Positions 33,147 to 46,815 of a stretch of DNA of 64,000 bases are shown one piece after another. The notes under the pieces are model-generated. The model made no database searches and had not been told where the DNA came from. It saw nothing but the letters and a program-made list of their open reading frames with translations. How positions within the stretch are numbered: the stretch's first letter is position 1; every line of letters starts with the position of its first letter. Source of the stretch: Azolla caroliniana (lineage: Eukaryota; Plantae; Polypodiophyta); NCBI GenBank assembly GCA_043228905.1, contig JBHGNT010000004.1:24304001-24368000 (forward strand), in the 5' to 3' direction. The position numbers were made by a program, and so were the translations under genes.

Positions 33147-36100
33147 ATGGAGATGCCGTTCTCTGCTCCTCCTGTCTCTGCTTCGTCGTTCTCCTCCTCA
33201 TCAGCATCTTCTTGTTCCTTTTCTTCTTTGATTTCCTTCAATTACGTATCTTGGAAGCGTTTCTTACATCGGAGAAGGGTTTCCAGCATGATCATACGCG
33301 TGCCTTCGGTAAAATGTAGCTTCACTACAGTTATGGAACGTCCAGCTCTACCGCAGGTTCCTCGAATGTATGAAGAGATCGAGTATCATTTTCACAAGAT
33401 AACGTTTATTGCTCATTTCATGTTTTTCTTCCCCTTCTTCTCTGCACGGGCCTCATCTATGCCTCCATATTGACACATTTCGTGATTTCACAAGATTTGC
33501 TGAGTTTTAGATCATTGACACATATCTCGACTTTAATAACGAGATAACGTTTTGTGAGTTCTAAACCATCTTTTCTTCAGTGCTTCTTCTTTGTTGCATG
33601 ATCATCTCTGCGGCATGATGATTCATTTTCAAGTAATCTTTGTCTCCCTCTGTATGTGAAGTCCTAATGCATCTTTCTTCTTCTTCTTTGTTGCATGATC
33701 ATTGACGGCATGCGGTTCAATTATTAATCTATATCATTTTTCTTTCATTTGATCAAGCCATCTTGTATTTCCTTTTTGTTGCATGTTCATATCTCGTCTT
33801 GTGAAGTCATGTTATGTTCCCTTCATTCGCGCATTTATTAAGTCGTCATATCTTTCTTCCTATTGCATGTTATCTTTCAATTGCAAAGTCATCTTATCTT
33901 TCCTTCATTTGTTTAGTAATCTATTCTTTGTTCCTACAGCACGAACTGCTTATGATTAATTTGTGAAGACTTCGTCTTGCCTTCCTTACCTGCAATGCCA
34001 TGCTCATTTCTGGTTATGGTTCATAATTTGTTGTTAGCTATATAGTCTGGCTATCTGTGTTTGTTTCATTTATCAAGATCGTTTCTTTAGTACTGGTTGC
34101 ATGATCATTCTGCATATAGATAATTTGTTAATTCATCTTTCTTGGTTTTCTTGCATTATCATTGCATGCGCTCTACATTTATAACAAGTTTCATTGGCAA
34201 GATCTTATTTTGTTAAGCCATATTTTCTTGTTTGCTTGCATGTTCTTCTATACTTGATGAGCTAGATTGTAATAGGTTGTCTTCTTCCTCATATCCTTTA
34301 GTTCTATTCTTTTATTTGTTTGCAAAATGCTGATTTGAACAAGCACACCAATTTTGGAACTTTTGCTTAATTTTTCCAGTATGATATGAGTAAGATCAAA
34401 GATTTTGCAAGTTTTCTTTTTCTGTAAGTTTTGGTTGGAAATTATTACAAAATTATGGGGATGGGCTCGAAACTGATTGGTTCTTGGTCAGCCACTCCGA
34501 AGCGAGTTATATCTAATGATGACTTGTCCAATATTGTTGATAGCAATGATGAATGGATTGCTGTCCGGACAGGAATCAGGAATCGGAGGTTTCTTTCAGG
34601 TAAAAGAAATCATGTCTTTCAGTAATAACCCTGTGATCCATGTGAGGATCTATGTGAAAAGTGTCTACATAAGTTAATCATTCTGCAATAAATATGCAAA
34701 AATTGGTCTCTGTGTAAAAAAGTGTCTGCAGAAGTTAGTCATTCAGAGATAACAATGCAAAAACTGGGTTCTTTGCGAAAATGTCTGCAGAAGTTCATCA
34801 ATAATGAATAACTATGTAAAAATCATGTCTAGGTCAATTAGATCGCTGTGCATGTGAATGCGAATCCTTCGATTACGTAGTATCGATTAAGACATTCATG
34901 TGAAATTGGCAAATGTCAACATCCTTTGAACCATGTTATATATTATAAGGTGATAGTATACAGATTCATTCATGAAGTAGCAATTTTATATACAGCCCCT
35001 GGCTTAAAATGGAGTTTCTTTTTGCAATTTACCCAAATACTCCACTTTTTTATCGTCATGCAGTGACTTTTATTGTGACTTCCGGGCACGCATGCTAGTT
35101 TTACCTGGATGCTGTAGATCTTGTCTATATGTTGGTTCTCCTGTTGGCATTGTTTTAGTCTTAACAGTACTTTGGCGTAACTTGTGTATAAATATCTTGG
35201 CTTTCTAGTTGGCATTGATGTACTTCAAACAATGGTTCCATCTAAAATTCTGTGCTAATATCTTGGCTTTGTAATTGCGATCATCTAGTTTGCACAATAC
35301 TTTGGTGTGATTTTCTTAATCTTAGTGTGCTAATATCTTGGCTTTGTAGTTGTGATCAATCTAGTTTGCACAATAGTTTGGCCTGATTTTCTTAACCTTA
35401 GAGCTCTATGTTCCAATATCTCTGATAATTTATCTATAGGCATACACGGTTAGAATTGATAGACCTGTAGGTGATACTTAGTCCTCCTTAAACATAGAGA
35501 AACGTTCATATTCATAGATATCAGAAAGCTATTTCAGCCTGCAAACAGACAGATATTCAGGCTATCTCTCCCGAAATCCAAAATCGCATAAACACACTTC
35601 TAACCAGCGAAAAAATATGTTACCTTCATTGAGGAGATGTATGAGTGATGAATCATTTTCAGTTATCATCACCCATGTAAATTGATCGTTTATTTTCCCT
35701 TGGAAATCCTCAACATTTTTCTTAGAGTAGTTATTTATGTCTGAATTTCCGAGTCAGATTCTATAACTCCCTTATCGTTATCAGATGGCGAGACAATTAC
35801 TAACCTGGCAGTGGAGTCATCTAGAAAAGCTATTGAAATGGCAAAGGTGGAAGCAAAAGATATTGACCTCGTGTTGCTATGCACATCCACCCCAGATGAT
35901 TTATTCAGTAGTGGACCGCAGGTATGCTTTTTGTGACTTTTTACTTTTGTGGATGGGTCTCATAATTTGATTATCTTGATCTTTACCATTATGGCCAGAT
36001 TCAAAGAGAATCAGGGTGTCCTAATGCTCTAGCCTTCGATATCACTGCAGCTTGTAGTGGCTTTGTATTGGGCCTTGTTACTGGAACACGGTTATTAAAG

Positions 36101-38267
36101 GTTTCAAAAGATATGTATTCGAAATGTTCTGGTTTAAGCTTTCTGATTTAAAAGAGGAGGTTTTCGAAATGTTCTGGTTGTGGGAGCAGATGCATTTTCT
36201 AGATACATTGATTGGACTGCCAGAGGAACATGCATCTTGTTTGGTGATGCTGCTGGTGTTGTGATAATCTACACATTGAAAGCATTTTTTACTAATGTAT
36301 TGCAATTTTTTTCATCGAAATGTTCTGGTTGTGGGAGCAGATGCATTTTCTAGATACATTGATTGGACTGCCAGAGGGACATGCATCTTGTTTGGTGATG
36401 CTGCTGGTGTTGTGATAATCTACACATTGAAAGCATTTTTTACTAATGTATTTCAATTTTTTTCATTGATTATGAATTTATGCATACTCTGACGCAGCAA
36501 AACTAACTTGAGTAATGCATTTTCCCATTTGATTTTCATTTTTTGCCTCTGGCAAAACCGGATTTGCTAATTTTTTACATATATTCAAGCCATTTATTTT
36601 TAGAACACTAGGTTGACAGCACATTTTTTGTTTGGTTGGCAAGTTAATAAGTAAACTGTACATATCTTTGTTATTGACCATTACGGTCTTTTAAAAACCT
36701 TAATCTTTCTTTTTATTTGAGTGATTAGCTTCAGTGCTCCTTTTATGAGGAAGTAATACAGAACTTTATTCTTTTTATACTGTTTACTAGTCCATACCGA
36801 CATTGGATACTGATCACCAGGGATGTCATAGTTTTTTTATCACAGCTATGCTATGTACAGAGTGCGTTTTGGTTACAGTCACTGAGACAAGTGGCACTTT
36901 GCACTTTATATCTATCTATCTATCTATATGATGGTCACTTTCCTCCCTTTTTCTTGTTCGTGGATTTTTATGACTGGTTTCTGGATATAAGGGATTGTAA
37001 TGTATCTTATACTGAAAATGAGATGTAGCTCTTGCATTTATGCACAATGCATATACATATTCTTGTTCACTTTTGTCTTCGTTCTTCTCAATCATTGACT
37101 TTTTCTGATGGGTTACTGTGTATATATGTCTTGTATGAAAATGGGAAAATGCAGCTGCATGGTGATATCTTCTTGTTGACTTGTGTTCTCATTCATGGAT
37201 TTTTCTGATTGGCTACTGTTTATATTAGTTTAAGATGTATCTTATACGCATCACTGAAAATTTTCCCAGTGGTTTAACTGGCATCCAGTGATGACAAATA
37301 TGGTTTGCTAGGTTTTGATTTTCACAGTGATGGAAACGGTCAAAAGTAAAGATCTACTTTTTCAGATCCTGTTTTAGAATTGATATAGTTTCAATTTTTA
37401 TATTGTTGTGAGAATTCATACATAATTTTATATTGTTGTGAAATATACTTGTGCATCTCCGTGATTATGGTGTTTAACAGAACAAATTTCTAAGAATTTA
37501 TTTATGTTTATAAAATTTTATATTGCGAAATAACATTTGCAGACACCTCCATGCTCTTGTTGGTATCTTGTTGGGTAGCACAAGCCAGAAGAGCAACAAT
37601 GGGACCAATTTTTTGCCCATGACAGCTTCGCCATGTTGCCTGGAGATGAATGGAAAAAAAGGTTTCCGCTTTGCAGTGCGCAGTGTTCCGTGAGCAATAG
37701 AAGCAGCCCTCAAAGAGGCAGAGCTGAAGGAACATGACCTTCACTAGCTTCTCGTATATCAGGCAAGAAGTTTCCTATATACATGGATTTATCTTTCTCT
37801 TTTTCCTAATAATCAACATCCAAGGAATATATTTTCTTTAAAAATCTGGTCTTTTTAGCACTAGCCGATTTGGGTCAACCTTGACGAGACTGGGGAACAT
37901 TTAGAGAAAAAAATAGAAATTCAGCGTTAGTTCAGAGTCTTCGCATAAATTAAAGATGATATAAAGGAACATTTGCCATTAGTATTATTGGAAATTTGTA
38001 ATTAATATGTAGAGAAGGAAGCAGTTGCTGTACAATTTTTTCTATAGGCATATATATTCTGTTTCGAGTTTTTCTTTCATCTTAATCATGACAGTGAGTA
38101 ACTTCAAAATATGGATGCTATCTATGTTCAGACAAACCGAAGGATTATAGATGCAGTGGCTGAAAAGTTACACATTCCCATCAACAAAAATTATTACAAA
38201 CCTAGCCAACTATGGGAATACAAGTGCTGCATCCATTCCACTGGCTCTAGATGAGGCGGTTAGAAGT
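33147..38267 (+). pseudogene. KASIII: Plastid 3-ketoacyl-ACP synthase III (KAS III/FabH) pseudogene
   Basis: Ser-rich transit-peptide exon; [21 protein letters not shown]; LLCTSTPDD; FDITAACSGF; [12 protein letters not shown]; GFDFHSDGNG; MNG..FRFAV; [19 protein letters not shown]. Lesions: exon 2 acceptor CAA, a 1-bp deletion near 36092, a duplicated exon 5, stops at 37691 and 37745, catalytic His>Tyr at 37757, a frameshift near 38178, and a missing C-terminus. Confidence 0.92.
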
Positions 38268-39179
38268 CTAGAAGATAGAACAAACATCTCCCTCGGAGAA
38301 ACACAATCATTAAATGGGGAGGATAGAAACCTTGAAGAGAGAACGAACCTCTCTCTCACATGCACGCACGCACACGTGTAAATATATGGCAATGGCTCAA
38401 TTCATATGTTGAGTGAGCATTGTAAGCACTGTGAATGGTATCATCAAATTGATGATGGGCATCATTTACGTTGTTAATTTTTACTAGGTAATATTCGTGT
38501 ATTTGACATTAAAGATACCCGGGTATCGCAAGAAACTTCAGTATCGATGCATTACTTCGAGGTTTAAGCTGCTTCTTTTGAACAGATCAACATTGTTTAA
38601 CTAAAGGCAATGCTATGATTGATATTTAACTAAATTATCATCAGATATTTGTCAAAAGTACACTTTTTTTTTCAATTTTCCACGGGTTTGGGATTTATGT
38701 ATGTGAGCCAATTTCTCTTTCCGAGCTTCAAGCCTGATATTAATATTTACCAAAGATGACAAATCCATGTCCTTCCGTTCTCTTCATCTGCATCGTATCT
38801 CCGAGAAAAGGGAGCTTTGGTTGCTTTCTGTTTATTCGAGAGATCTAATGATGTGTGTTAATTTTTGCACACGTGATGACGATGGAGAAGCAGGCTTGAG
38901 CAGATGGGTTGGAAAATGGCAGGGGCATTTCGGCAATTTTGCGGAAGATAAATTATGCGTTCTGTGGTTTGGAGGGAGGGTATTTCTGTAAATTCCACGA
39001 ACCATTTGTTTCCTCCTCTCTCAGAACACCAAGAGACGCAAAGCGTTTCGCTACCTCGCTCTCTCTCTCTGCGTGGCGATGGCGATGGCGATGGCGATGG
39101 CAACCACGACCTCCAAGACTAGCCCCTATACGACTGCCAAGAAGGAGATGCAGAGAATCCGAGTATTTATGCCAATTCC

Positions 39180-42100
39180 ATGCCACCTTCATCCTCCACC
39201 ATCAGGTACCTCCTCCTCCTCCTCTTCCTCCTCCTTCTCGTCACTTCTTCATTCCCTTCTGCCTCCTGCTGGCTATGGAGGAATCTCAACACTGAAAGAA
39301 CGGACGAAAACGAAGAAGGTTTTGAAAATCCTCTCAGGCATGGCTCTGGTCTAGACCTCAGTGGCCTGAATCGTAACGATGGTCTCCCTCGTTCTTCTCT
39401 GATGAAACAAGGGCAATCCATGGTGAGCAGCAGCACTCTGGAAGCCTCCTGTTGGCAGAAAGCATACAAGAAGCTCCTTTCGAGCTGCCATGCCATCCTT
39501 CAAGACGAAGAAAAGAAGTGCAGACTTGCATATGAGTTCACAGATTGCTTCTTGAGGATGACTGGTTGGCCTCCTCCACCGAAATGCTCTGACAAAACTC
39601 TAGTAAAATATTGCACACAGAAGGTAGATGCGCACACCCATGGGATCTATCATGCTTTCTTCGTGGAAGCCGAAGCTATGTGTCAACACCTTCAGTTAAG
39701 AAACGTGACCTCTTACTCGGTTCTTTCCAAAGATCTTTGCTGTGTTTTGGAATTTTACCTTCTGTGTTGTATGCTTAGATAGATTGGATCTCTCTTAGTT
39801 GTATAATTAACTGCACAATTAGCTTTGAATTTGATTGATCATGTTTATTGGGGTTAAACTATATTATAAAGGGAGTGCAACAATTCTAGCACTTGACTCT
39901 TAAAAAGTTCTCTATTTCACAAGTTAGAGTACTCAGGATCTCAATTTCTCAATCATATAATTATCCAAATAAACATGATTAATCAAATCAAAGCATGTAG
40001 GAGGCGAGAGTTTGTAGATTAGAGAGAATATAACAATAGTGTAGATGCAAAGACCACATAGAGGTAAAGGCAAGCCATGTATCTATATTGATCTAGATCA
40101 TACCCATCCAGCATGTGGATGAACAAAGGATATCCAATAGCTGATGAGCATATTCTAAACATTGGAGTGTTATATAACAGTCCACAAGTCTATATTTCAT
40201 GCAGGAATGAAGCATTTAGACAAGAGACATCGGATATCGTAAATGATCTCAAACAAACAGGGCACTGGATGCTTGACAAAGTGAAGGATGTGGAGAGATT
40301 ATCCCATGAGATCTTAGATGATGCATTACAACAGTCTTCGAAACTGGAAGAGAAGCTCAGCACCATGCAAACTATGTCCCAAACACTGCTTGCTCAAAAT
40401 GAACAATTTGATAACCAACTGAAGAGTACTCTTGGCACAGTTCAAGCTGTCTTTGAGCACTCACAAGAGATAAAAGATAGGCAGATGGAACTGAAAGAAC
40501 TTCATCAAGATATGAATAAGGCAATGTCTACCAGTTTGAAAGACCTAAAAACAGCTGCCCAACAAACCCATCAGCAGCTAGATGGTATATCAGAAGGGAA
40601 CAAGGAGCTTGCAGAACAACAACTAAGATTGGCAGATGCCTTAGCCTCCAACATAGAGAGGCTCAAAGCAAGTGCATTGCGGAGCTTAGATGATCTGAAG
40701 GAATCGCAAACATCAGCCATGGATGAGACAAGGTACAGTTTTGAGTTATAAAATATCGTAGGGCTTGTTTTTTTCCCTTCTTTTTCATCCATTTGTTAAG
40801 AATCTGTAAAAGAAAGGTGAATCTGTAAAAGACCCCGATCCTCCCAACCACCCCAGAGCTATGATCAAGACATAACTAACCTACCACTGACATCTCATAC
40901 CAATAGATATTTGGATGACTAGTACCGTGGAATAGGTTAACACAATCTTCGTGATGAAAGCCTAGCCTGCACCATTGGTGTCTCAAGACTTCAGCCTTCC
41001 GAGATAATCTGTTTTATGAGGGTACCTAGGCCTCATATTTATATTTCTTCCTAGGCCCCTTGAATATTTGTGCTCTTCTAAAAGACTCTCCATTCCTTGG
41101 TTGTCAAGATCATGATGGTACAAGCACCTATCATTCTGTCTATCCAATCACATTAGTTCCTTTGTAAGATTAGGGAACATACCCTTCATTTACGTTTTGT
41201 AAATATTAGTGACCTACCCTCACCTAGTTATGTGTGCATAACATCCTTGATGGTGAAAAAGTCTGGTGTAGGCTGTTTTTCAATTTATTCCACTCTTTTA
41301 AGCCTAGGTTGACAAGATCAGTAGTGAAATATACATTTTATGATTTCCAATCTGTTCAATCCATATAACATTAAGCTGGTATGGCATAACCAATTTATTA
41401 ACAAAACAAATAGTATAATACATATTTCTTCTTCAAAACACAAAACAAATGTTTATGCAACTGTGTATATCTGTTAGGATCAAAATTATCCACATACAAA
41501 TGGGCCTATATTTAACCTTATTGTAGGTCCTAATTAATGTTATGCGTGTTGCACATAACAATTTCAGAGAGAAACAAAAATGAATTGTCAACTTCAGTAC
41601 CATTACTTCTTTTTGCAGACTGTCATTGCAGGATTTATCTGATGGGGCCCAAAGAGCTCGAGCAAGCTTTGACTTATGGCGGATAGAATTGGATGATAGA
41701 AATAAACTTCTTCTGAAGGGATCTGAAGCTATGCTTCATGCTCAGGTACTCAATCATGGTACAATAGAGTATGCTTTTTGTATGCTCCAGTCGCATAGTG
41801 TGAAGCTCTTTTTATCATTGCTGATTTCATTTGGTGTAACAAAAAGTTTGTAAGGATAACGTCTGAAACATCGTGCATTCTGAAACTTTATTCATTATGA
41901 CCAGGAACTGGAAACGTGTCTCATATACCTTCTCATTAAACTGTATTCTTGCTTCTTGAGGTTGGCAATAGCTAAGTGTACTAAAGGATTCTCACATGGC
42001 TCTCCATAAACTAGAATGTGTGGTGCTTGTGAAGAATTAGAAATATTTAGAAGAGGAATAGAAAATTTGTGGGAGGGAAGAAGAGATGGCAGGAAGGTAA

Positions 42101-43417
42101 ATTTTGTGAAATTGGTAGCTGCAAGCAATTTGACTTACGGAAAGCTATCAAGCAAGCAAGACTGAGTTTTGTGAATGAGGATGCTTTTTTTCTCAATAGT
42201 TGTTACCCTCATGCTCCAGGCAATGTTGAATGTTTCTGAGAGGAACAAAGCTATTTTTTCATAAAGCAATTAATATATGCAATGTTTCTATATTACAGGA
42301 GGCATTTGTTATGAAACAAGGTTCTATTTTATCTACCTTGGATAGAATGTTTTCTCTCTATGACAACATTCTTTATGAATCGAGAGCTCTGAAACTTTTT
42401 GTATTTTATGGCACATTGGCGGTGTTTATTCATGTGCTGACTAGTGCCAAGCAAACCAACAATGCTAGGGGAATTCTGTATGCTGGTGAGTTATGAAGAG
42501 CCCGATAATATCAATCAACCATACAATTTCTCTTTCATAAGGTAACATTTCTTTTGTGGAATTGTAGGGTTGTTTATCTCAATCACTGTGGAGGTTTATG
42601 TTATGAAGGCATATGGCAGCATTATGAACAATCAACAGTGGATTCAAACAGTTTCCTATTGGTCTAGATCTATGTTTGCTATATTTACAGCTGCAGTGAT
42701 CTTATATTTCGTTATCACATTCAGGTTCAAATTGTTTTGTAGATATCAGATTGATGTTTCATTTACTGAATGCAATATTTACCATCCTATGTTGTTTGAT
42801 TTAAATGTAAATTGATATATGCAGAGATATTTCCTGGCAGAACCATATCTTGCTGGTAGAGCTGGATAAAAAGTTGAATGCTATACTCTGTCAATCTATT
42901 AATCCCCCATACATTCAGGATGTACAATTACAACCTGCTTACTCAACAAAAACCTTTTTAGCAAATGAGAGAGACAATGTGCCATGGATAACCAATTCTT
43001 GTAGTGCAAAGCAAGATGTTGCATCAAAGATAATCCATCGTGCTAAAACATATTTCAGTGAGTCATTCACCTTCAGTACTAGGATTTATTAATATAAAGT
43101 GCTGACAATGCATGGATTAGGGTTTTCTAACCTTGACTTTAAATACAGGGGGGGGTTCAAATTGTAGGAAACAAGAGAAGACAAAGGGTCCTAAAGGAGA
43201 CGATGTTTTCAAGGCATGGATGGTGTGTCATGGCTTTGGTTTTTCATCCTTAGATGAGTTTGATAACTATCAAGGAGATGATCATGATGATGATAAAGAG
43301 GATCCAGATTATGTGTGCCCTTATGATGGGCAACCAACTACTTTCAAGGGCTATAACCTTCGGTCCTTATGTAAAAAGAGGTCATCTATACAGTCTGGAT
43401 TCAACTTAAATCGCTGA
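39180..43417 (+). CDS. GEX1: GAMETE EXPRESSED 1 (GEX1/KAR5/Brambleberry family nuclear-fusion protein)
   Basis: Signal peptide; Cys-rich domain SCWQKAY..SC...CRLAYEFTDCF...C...C...MCQHLQ; long coiled coil; three hydrophobic TM segments; C-terminal DPDY...YNLRS. Exons ~39180-39694, 40205-40732, 41619-41745, 42299-42485, 42568-42724, 42824-43057, and a last exon ending 43417 (acceptor uncertain). Confidence 0.88.
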
Positions 43418-43640
43418 AGTTTTTTTGTTTAGCACATGTACACATGCATATAATAAGGTACTGGGTACACATAGCAAATTTTAATTGTTGGAAGTACTGG
43501 GTATGTTGATATAATTTGCAGCTATCGATGCAATTTCTACCATGCAAGGTCGGAAAGATTTTGATGATATTATCTGAAGAAAAGAAATCCAAGGTATCTG
43601 TAATCAATCCAGTTTTACATGCAAGAAGAATCGGGAACTG

Positions 43641-43834
43641 TTTCTTGCCATAAAGTCAACTACTTGATCTTTTATTGAAATTGCAATTTGTATGATGTAA
43701 TATATAATAGATATTGTTTTCCTCCTATGCCAGTTTATTACTATATAATTGGATGAGTTTCTTGCCATAAAGTCAACCACTTGATCTTTTATTGAAATTG
43801 CAATTTGTATGATGTAATATAATAATAGATATTG
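43641..43834. repeat. ~76-bp direct repeat, two copies, 3' of GEX1
   Basis: TTTCTTGCCATAAAGTCAAC(T/C)ACTTGATCTTTTATTGAAATTGCAATTTGTATGATGTAATAT at 43641 and 43758. Confidence 0.9.
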
Positions 43835-44838
43835 AATGAAGTCAAGCTATCTCTGACATAAATTGATGGTTGATTAGGCTCCAAATCCTCTTACACTCTT
43901 AAGGGAATTATGGGTTTTTGAATGAACCTAGTACACAAAGTGATCTTAGATTTTGTGTTCTCGAGTGGTTGTTTCTGACATGACATAGCTTTAATTCAAT
44001 TAGTATGAGCTTGTGTAGGGTTATTTAATTTGTAAAAGATTGAAGTGAATGTAAAGTATTGTCACTATAGCCATGTATTTTTGTGATTGATTCTATGTCA
44101 TGTTACTGCCAAGTCTTTGTGCATGGCATTGTGGACATTTACCATATACTATACTGATGGTGTACATTCAAGCACACCCCCCATATTTTTTTTTAGTATA
44201 CAACCTTGTAGTTTCAATATGTGAAATGAGCTAGATGACATTTCTCTCTCATTTCTTATCAAATGTCTTTAATAGTTGATTGATGGAGGCCTATGAATTC
44301 TCATCAACTTCAACATTCCCTAAAAGTTATAGAAAGCCATGGCACTCACAGATGAATACCATACACATGGCACATATATGATGAGGAAATTTTATTCAAG
44401 GTTTATTTAGAGTTACAGGAAATTTTGCTAAACATTAGTAAGATTGAGGTATTCTCTCATGGTTATTTACCATCAATTAGGGAAGATGAGACTTTTCCCA
44501 CACAACGAATGCTTGAGTTTTGTTTTTGTGATGTGATACATGATCGAATTAACGAACATGAAGAAATGATTCCCACATTGTATGCTTGAGGTTCAATTGT
44601 GTTTGATACACAAAAGTAGAAGGGAAAGGCCTTGTCCGGTGTTTGTTTTGTTTTTGTTTAGGAATGTCCTAGAAGTGTGGATAAGAAAAAAGTCGAAGTG
44701 ACATCATTGATGTGGGCACAAATTAGATATATGCTTTTTTGGATTAATTTACATAAATAGTAAGTGTGGGAAACATACATGGGTGTCAATATTTTCATTG
44801 TTGTTGAGGTTTGTGAATAGACAGGATAGTGATGAAAT

Positions 44839-46815
44839 ATGGATCATAAACAGAGCATAGTCATAATCCTCGTGATGATCTCTATCTTTTCCTCAAATCA
44901 CCTCCATGTTGGTGAAGATGGATATTTTAATCTCTGGTTTTCTTGTAATGGTCAACATGTTAGTGATGGTTTTACCCCTTCGTCACCTCCCCACTTATCC
45001 ACAAGTTTCTATGAAACTATATGTCCAAGCATGGTATCCATTGCTACTTCGACTTTCCGCAAATTGGCTTCATCGGACAATGTCGTTGCACCTTCACTCT
45101 TGCGACTCATCCTCCACGATGCGTTTGTCCAGGCAATATATTCCGTCAAGCCTATTATGGATACTTCATATAAGACATTAATCACCAACTTAAATTCCAT
45201 GTGCAATCAAACTTTATATTGCATCAAATTTCTTCAACCCTATAGAACCTCATACATATCTTGATGCTATTGTATCTTAAATCTTATTATTTCCTCATTC
45301 AGCAAAAAAAAGGGAATGCCAAGTGAAGGTGTGATATTTCCCGTATGGAGTGAATGGTATACTTAGGAAGTAAATAATCACCTCAAATGGGAAACTTGAA
45401 GGAAATTTATGGGGAAATTGTGTTGTTTTCCTAATGGGTTAATCAAAGCATGGAACTTGAAAGAAATGTGTAGGGAAATGTGCTCTTTCCCTAATGGGTC
45501 CAGGGTTACTCAAAGCATTGCCTAGCAGGCAATATGAAAAGGGACATGGGAAACATATCTAAAAACTTTGCGGTATAACATCAATCACATTATGTCATGT
45601 GCTAATGCTTTTATCAAAATCCTCTTGAGCTTGTGCTAATCTATTACACAGGGTTGTGATGCATCCATATTGGTATCGCCCACCACCCAAAACCCTCTTG
45701 TTGAGAGACAACATCCCAACAATATAGACATCCCTCAACAAGCTTTTGATACCATCAATGCAATAAAACAACAACTGGAGTTGGTATGTCCAGGTGTCGT
45801 TTCATGTGCGGACATTGTCGTTTTCGCAGCTCAACAAGCCGTTGCCTTTGTAAGTTATTAATATGATTTCCTTCAATTTAGAATGTATGGAGATAAACAA
45901 TACTAGAATAACATATGTATATATGTATGCTATTAGAATCTTTGGATTGTGTTTGTACCATAAAAGTGATAGTACATTTTAATAAGTTTTGTAGCTACAA
46001 GGTCCTACATGGGAGGTTCCTTTCGGTCGACGAGATGGTCGAATATCATTAGCTTCCATGGTGGAAGGCAACATTCCCACACCAACAATGAATGTGGATG
46101 ATATGCTTGCCATTTTTGAGGCGAAGTCGCTAACTTTGTTGGACCTCGTTGTGTTGTCAGGTTCTTTTCCATTTAAAATTCCTTTTTCTCCATTTAGTTC
46201 CTTGATCACACTTCAAAAATCATATGTTAAAATCATAAATATATTTATCTATTTTTGTGAGGGGTTTTCCTTCATTCTAATCTATAATTTCTTAAGCACA
46301 TTCATGGATTTATGCAATAATTATACATGTCTATATTTTTTCTATGGCACAAAGCACGATAATGCTTTGGTGGTCAATTTGTATGTGTATATTTGTTTAA
46401 TAGGGAGAAGTCATATGTGATAGGTGCACATACCATAGGTTTTGCAAAGTGCAGCCATTTTATGGCAAGACTATCACCAATCGTTGATCCCACCATGGAT
46501 CCATCATTTGCACAACAATTGAAACAACAATGCCCATTGAATGAGAGCAACAATCCGATACCGTTTGACCCAGTGTCACCATTTTGGTTCGACACATCCT
46601 ATTATAATGCACTACAAAATCAGAGGGGATTGCTCTTTTCAGATCAAGTTCTCGCAATAGATAATCGGACACAAGGGCTTGTGAGAACGTTTGCATCGTC
46701 TCCAAATGAGTTCTTTCAAGCGTTCGTAAACTCAATGGTCAAGATGAGTTCCATTGGTGTGATGATAGGTAATGCGGGTGAAATAAGGAAAAATTGTAGT
46801 GTAATAAATCCTTGA
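44839..46815 (+). CDS. Class III secretory heme peroxidase, 4 exons
   Basis: FYETICP, LLRLILHDAFVQ|GCDASIL, CPGVVSCADI, GRRDG, LS|GAHTIG, FDTSYY, GLLFSDQ, SMVKMS, GEIRKNCS. Canonical three-intron layout: 44839-45132, 45652-45849, 45995-46160, 46424-46815. Confidence 0.93.

Noticed and set aside
33147-38267. Horizontally transferred bacterial fabH
   Set aside because: It has spliceosomal introns and a transit-peptide exon, as expected for the ordinary plant nuclear KAS III.
38514-38527. Palindrome GATACCCGGGTATC as a Helitron 3' hairpin that captured KAS III
   Set aside because: No CTRR terminus at the expected distance and no recognisable 5' TC end.
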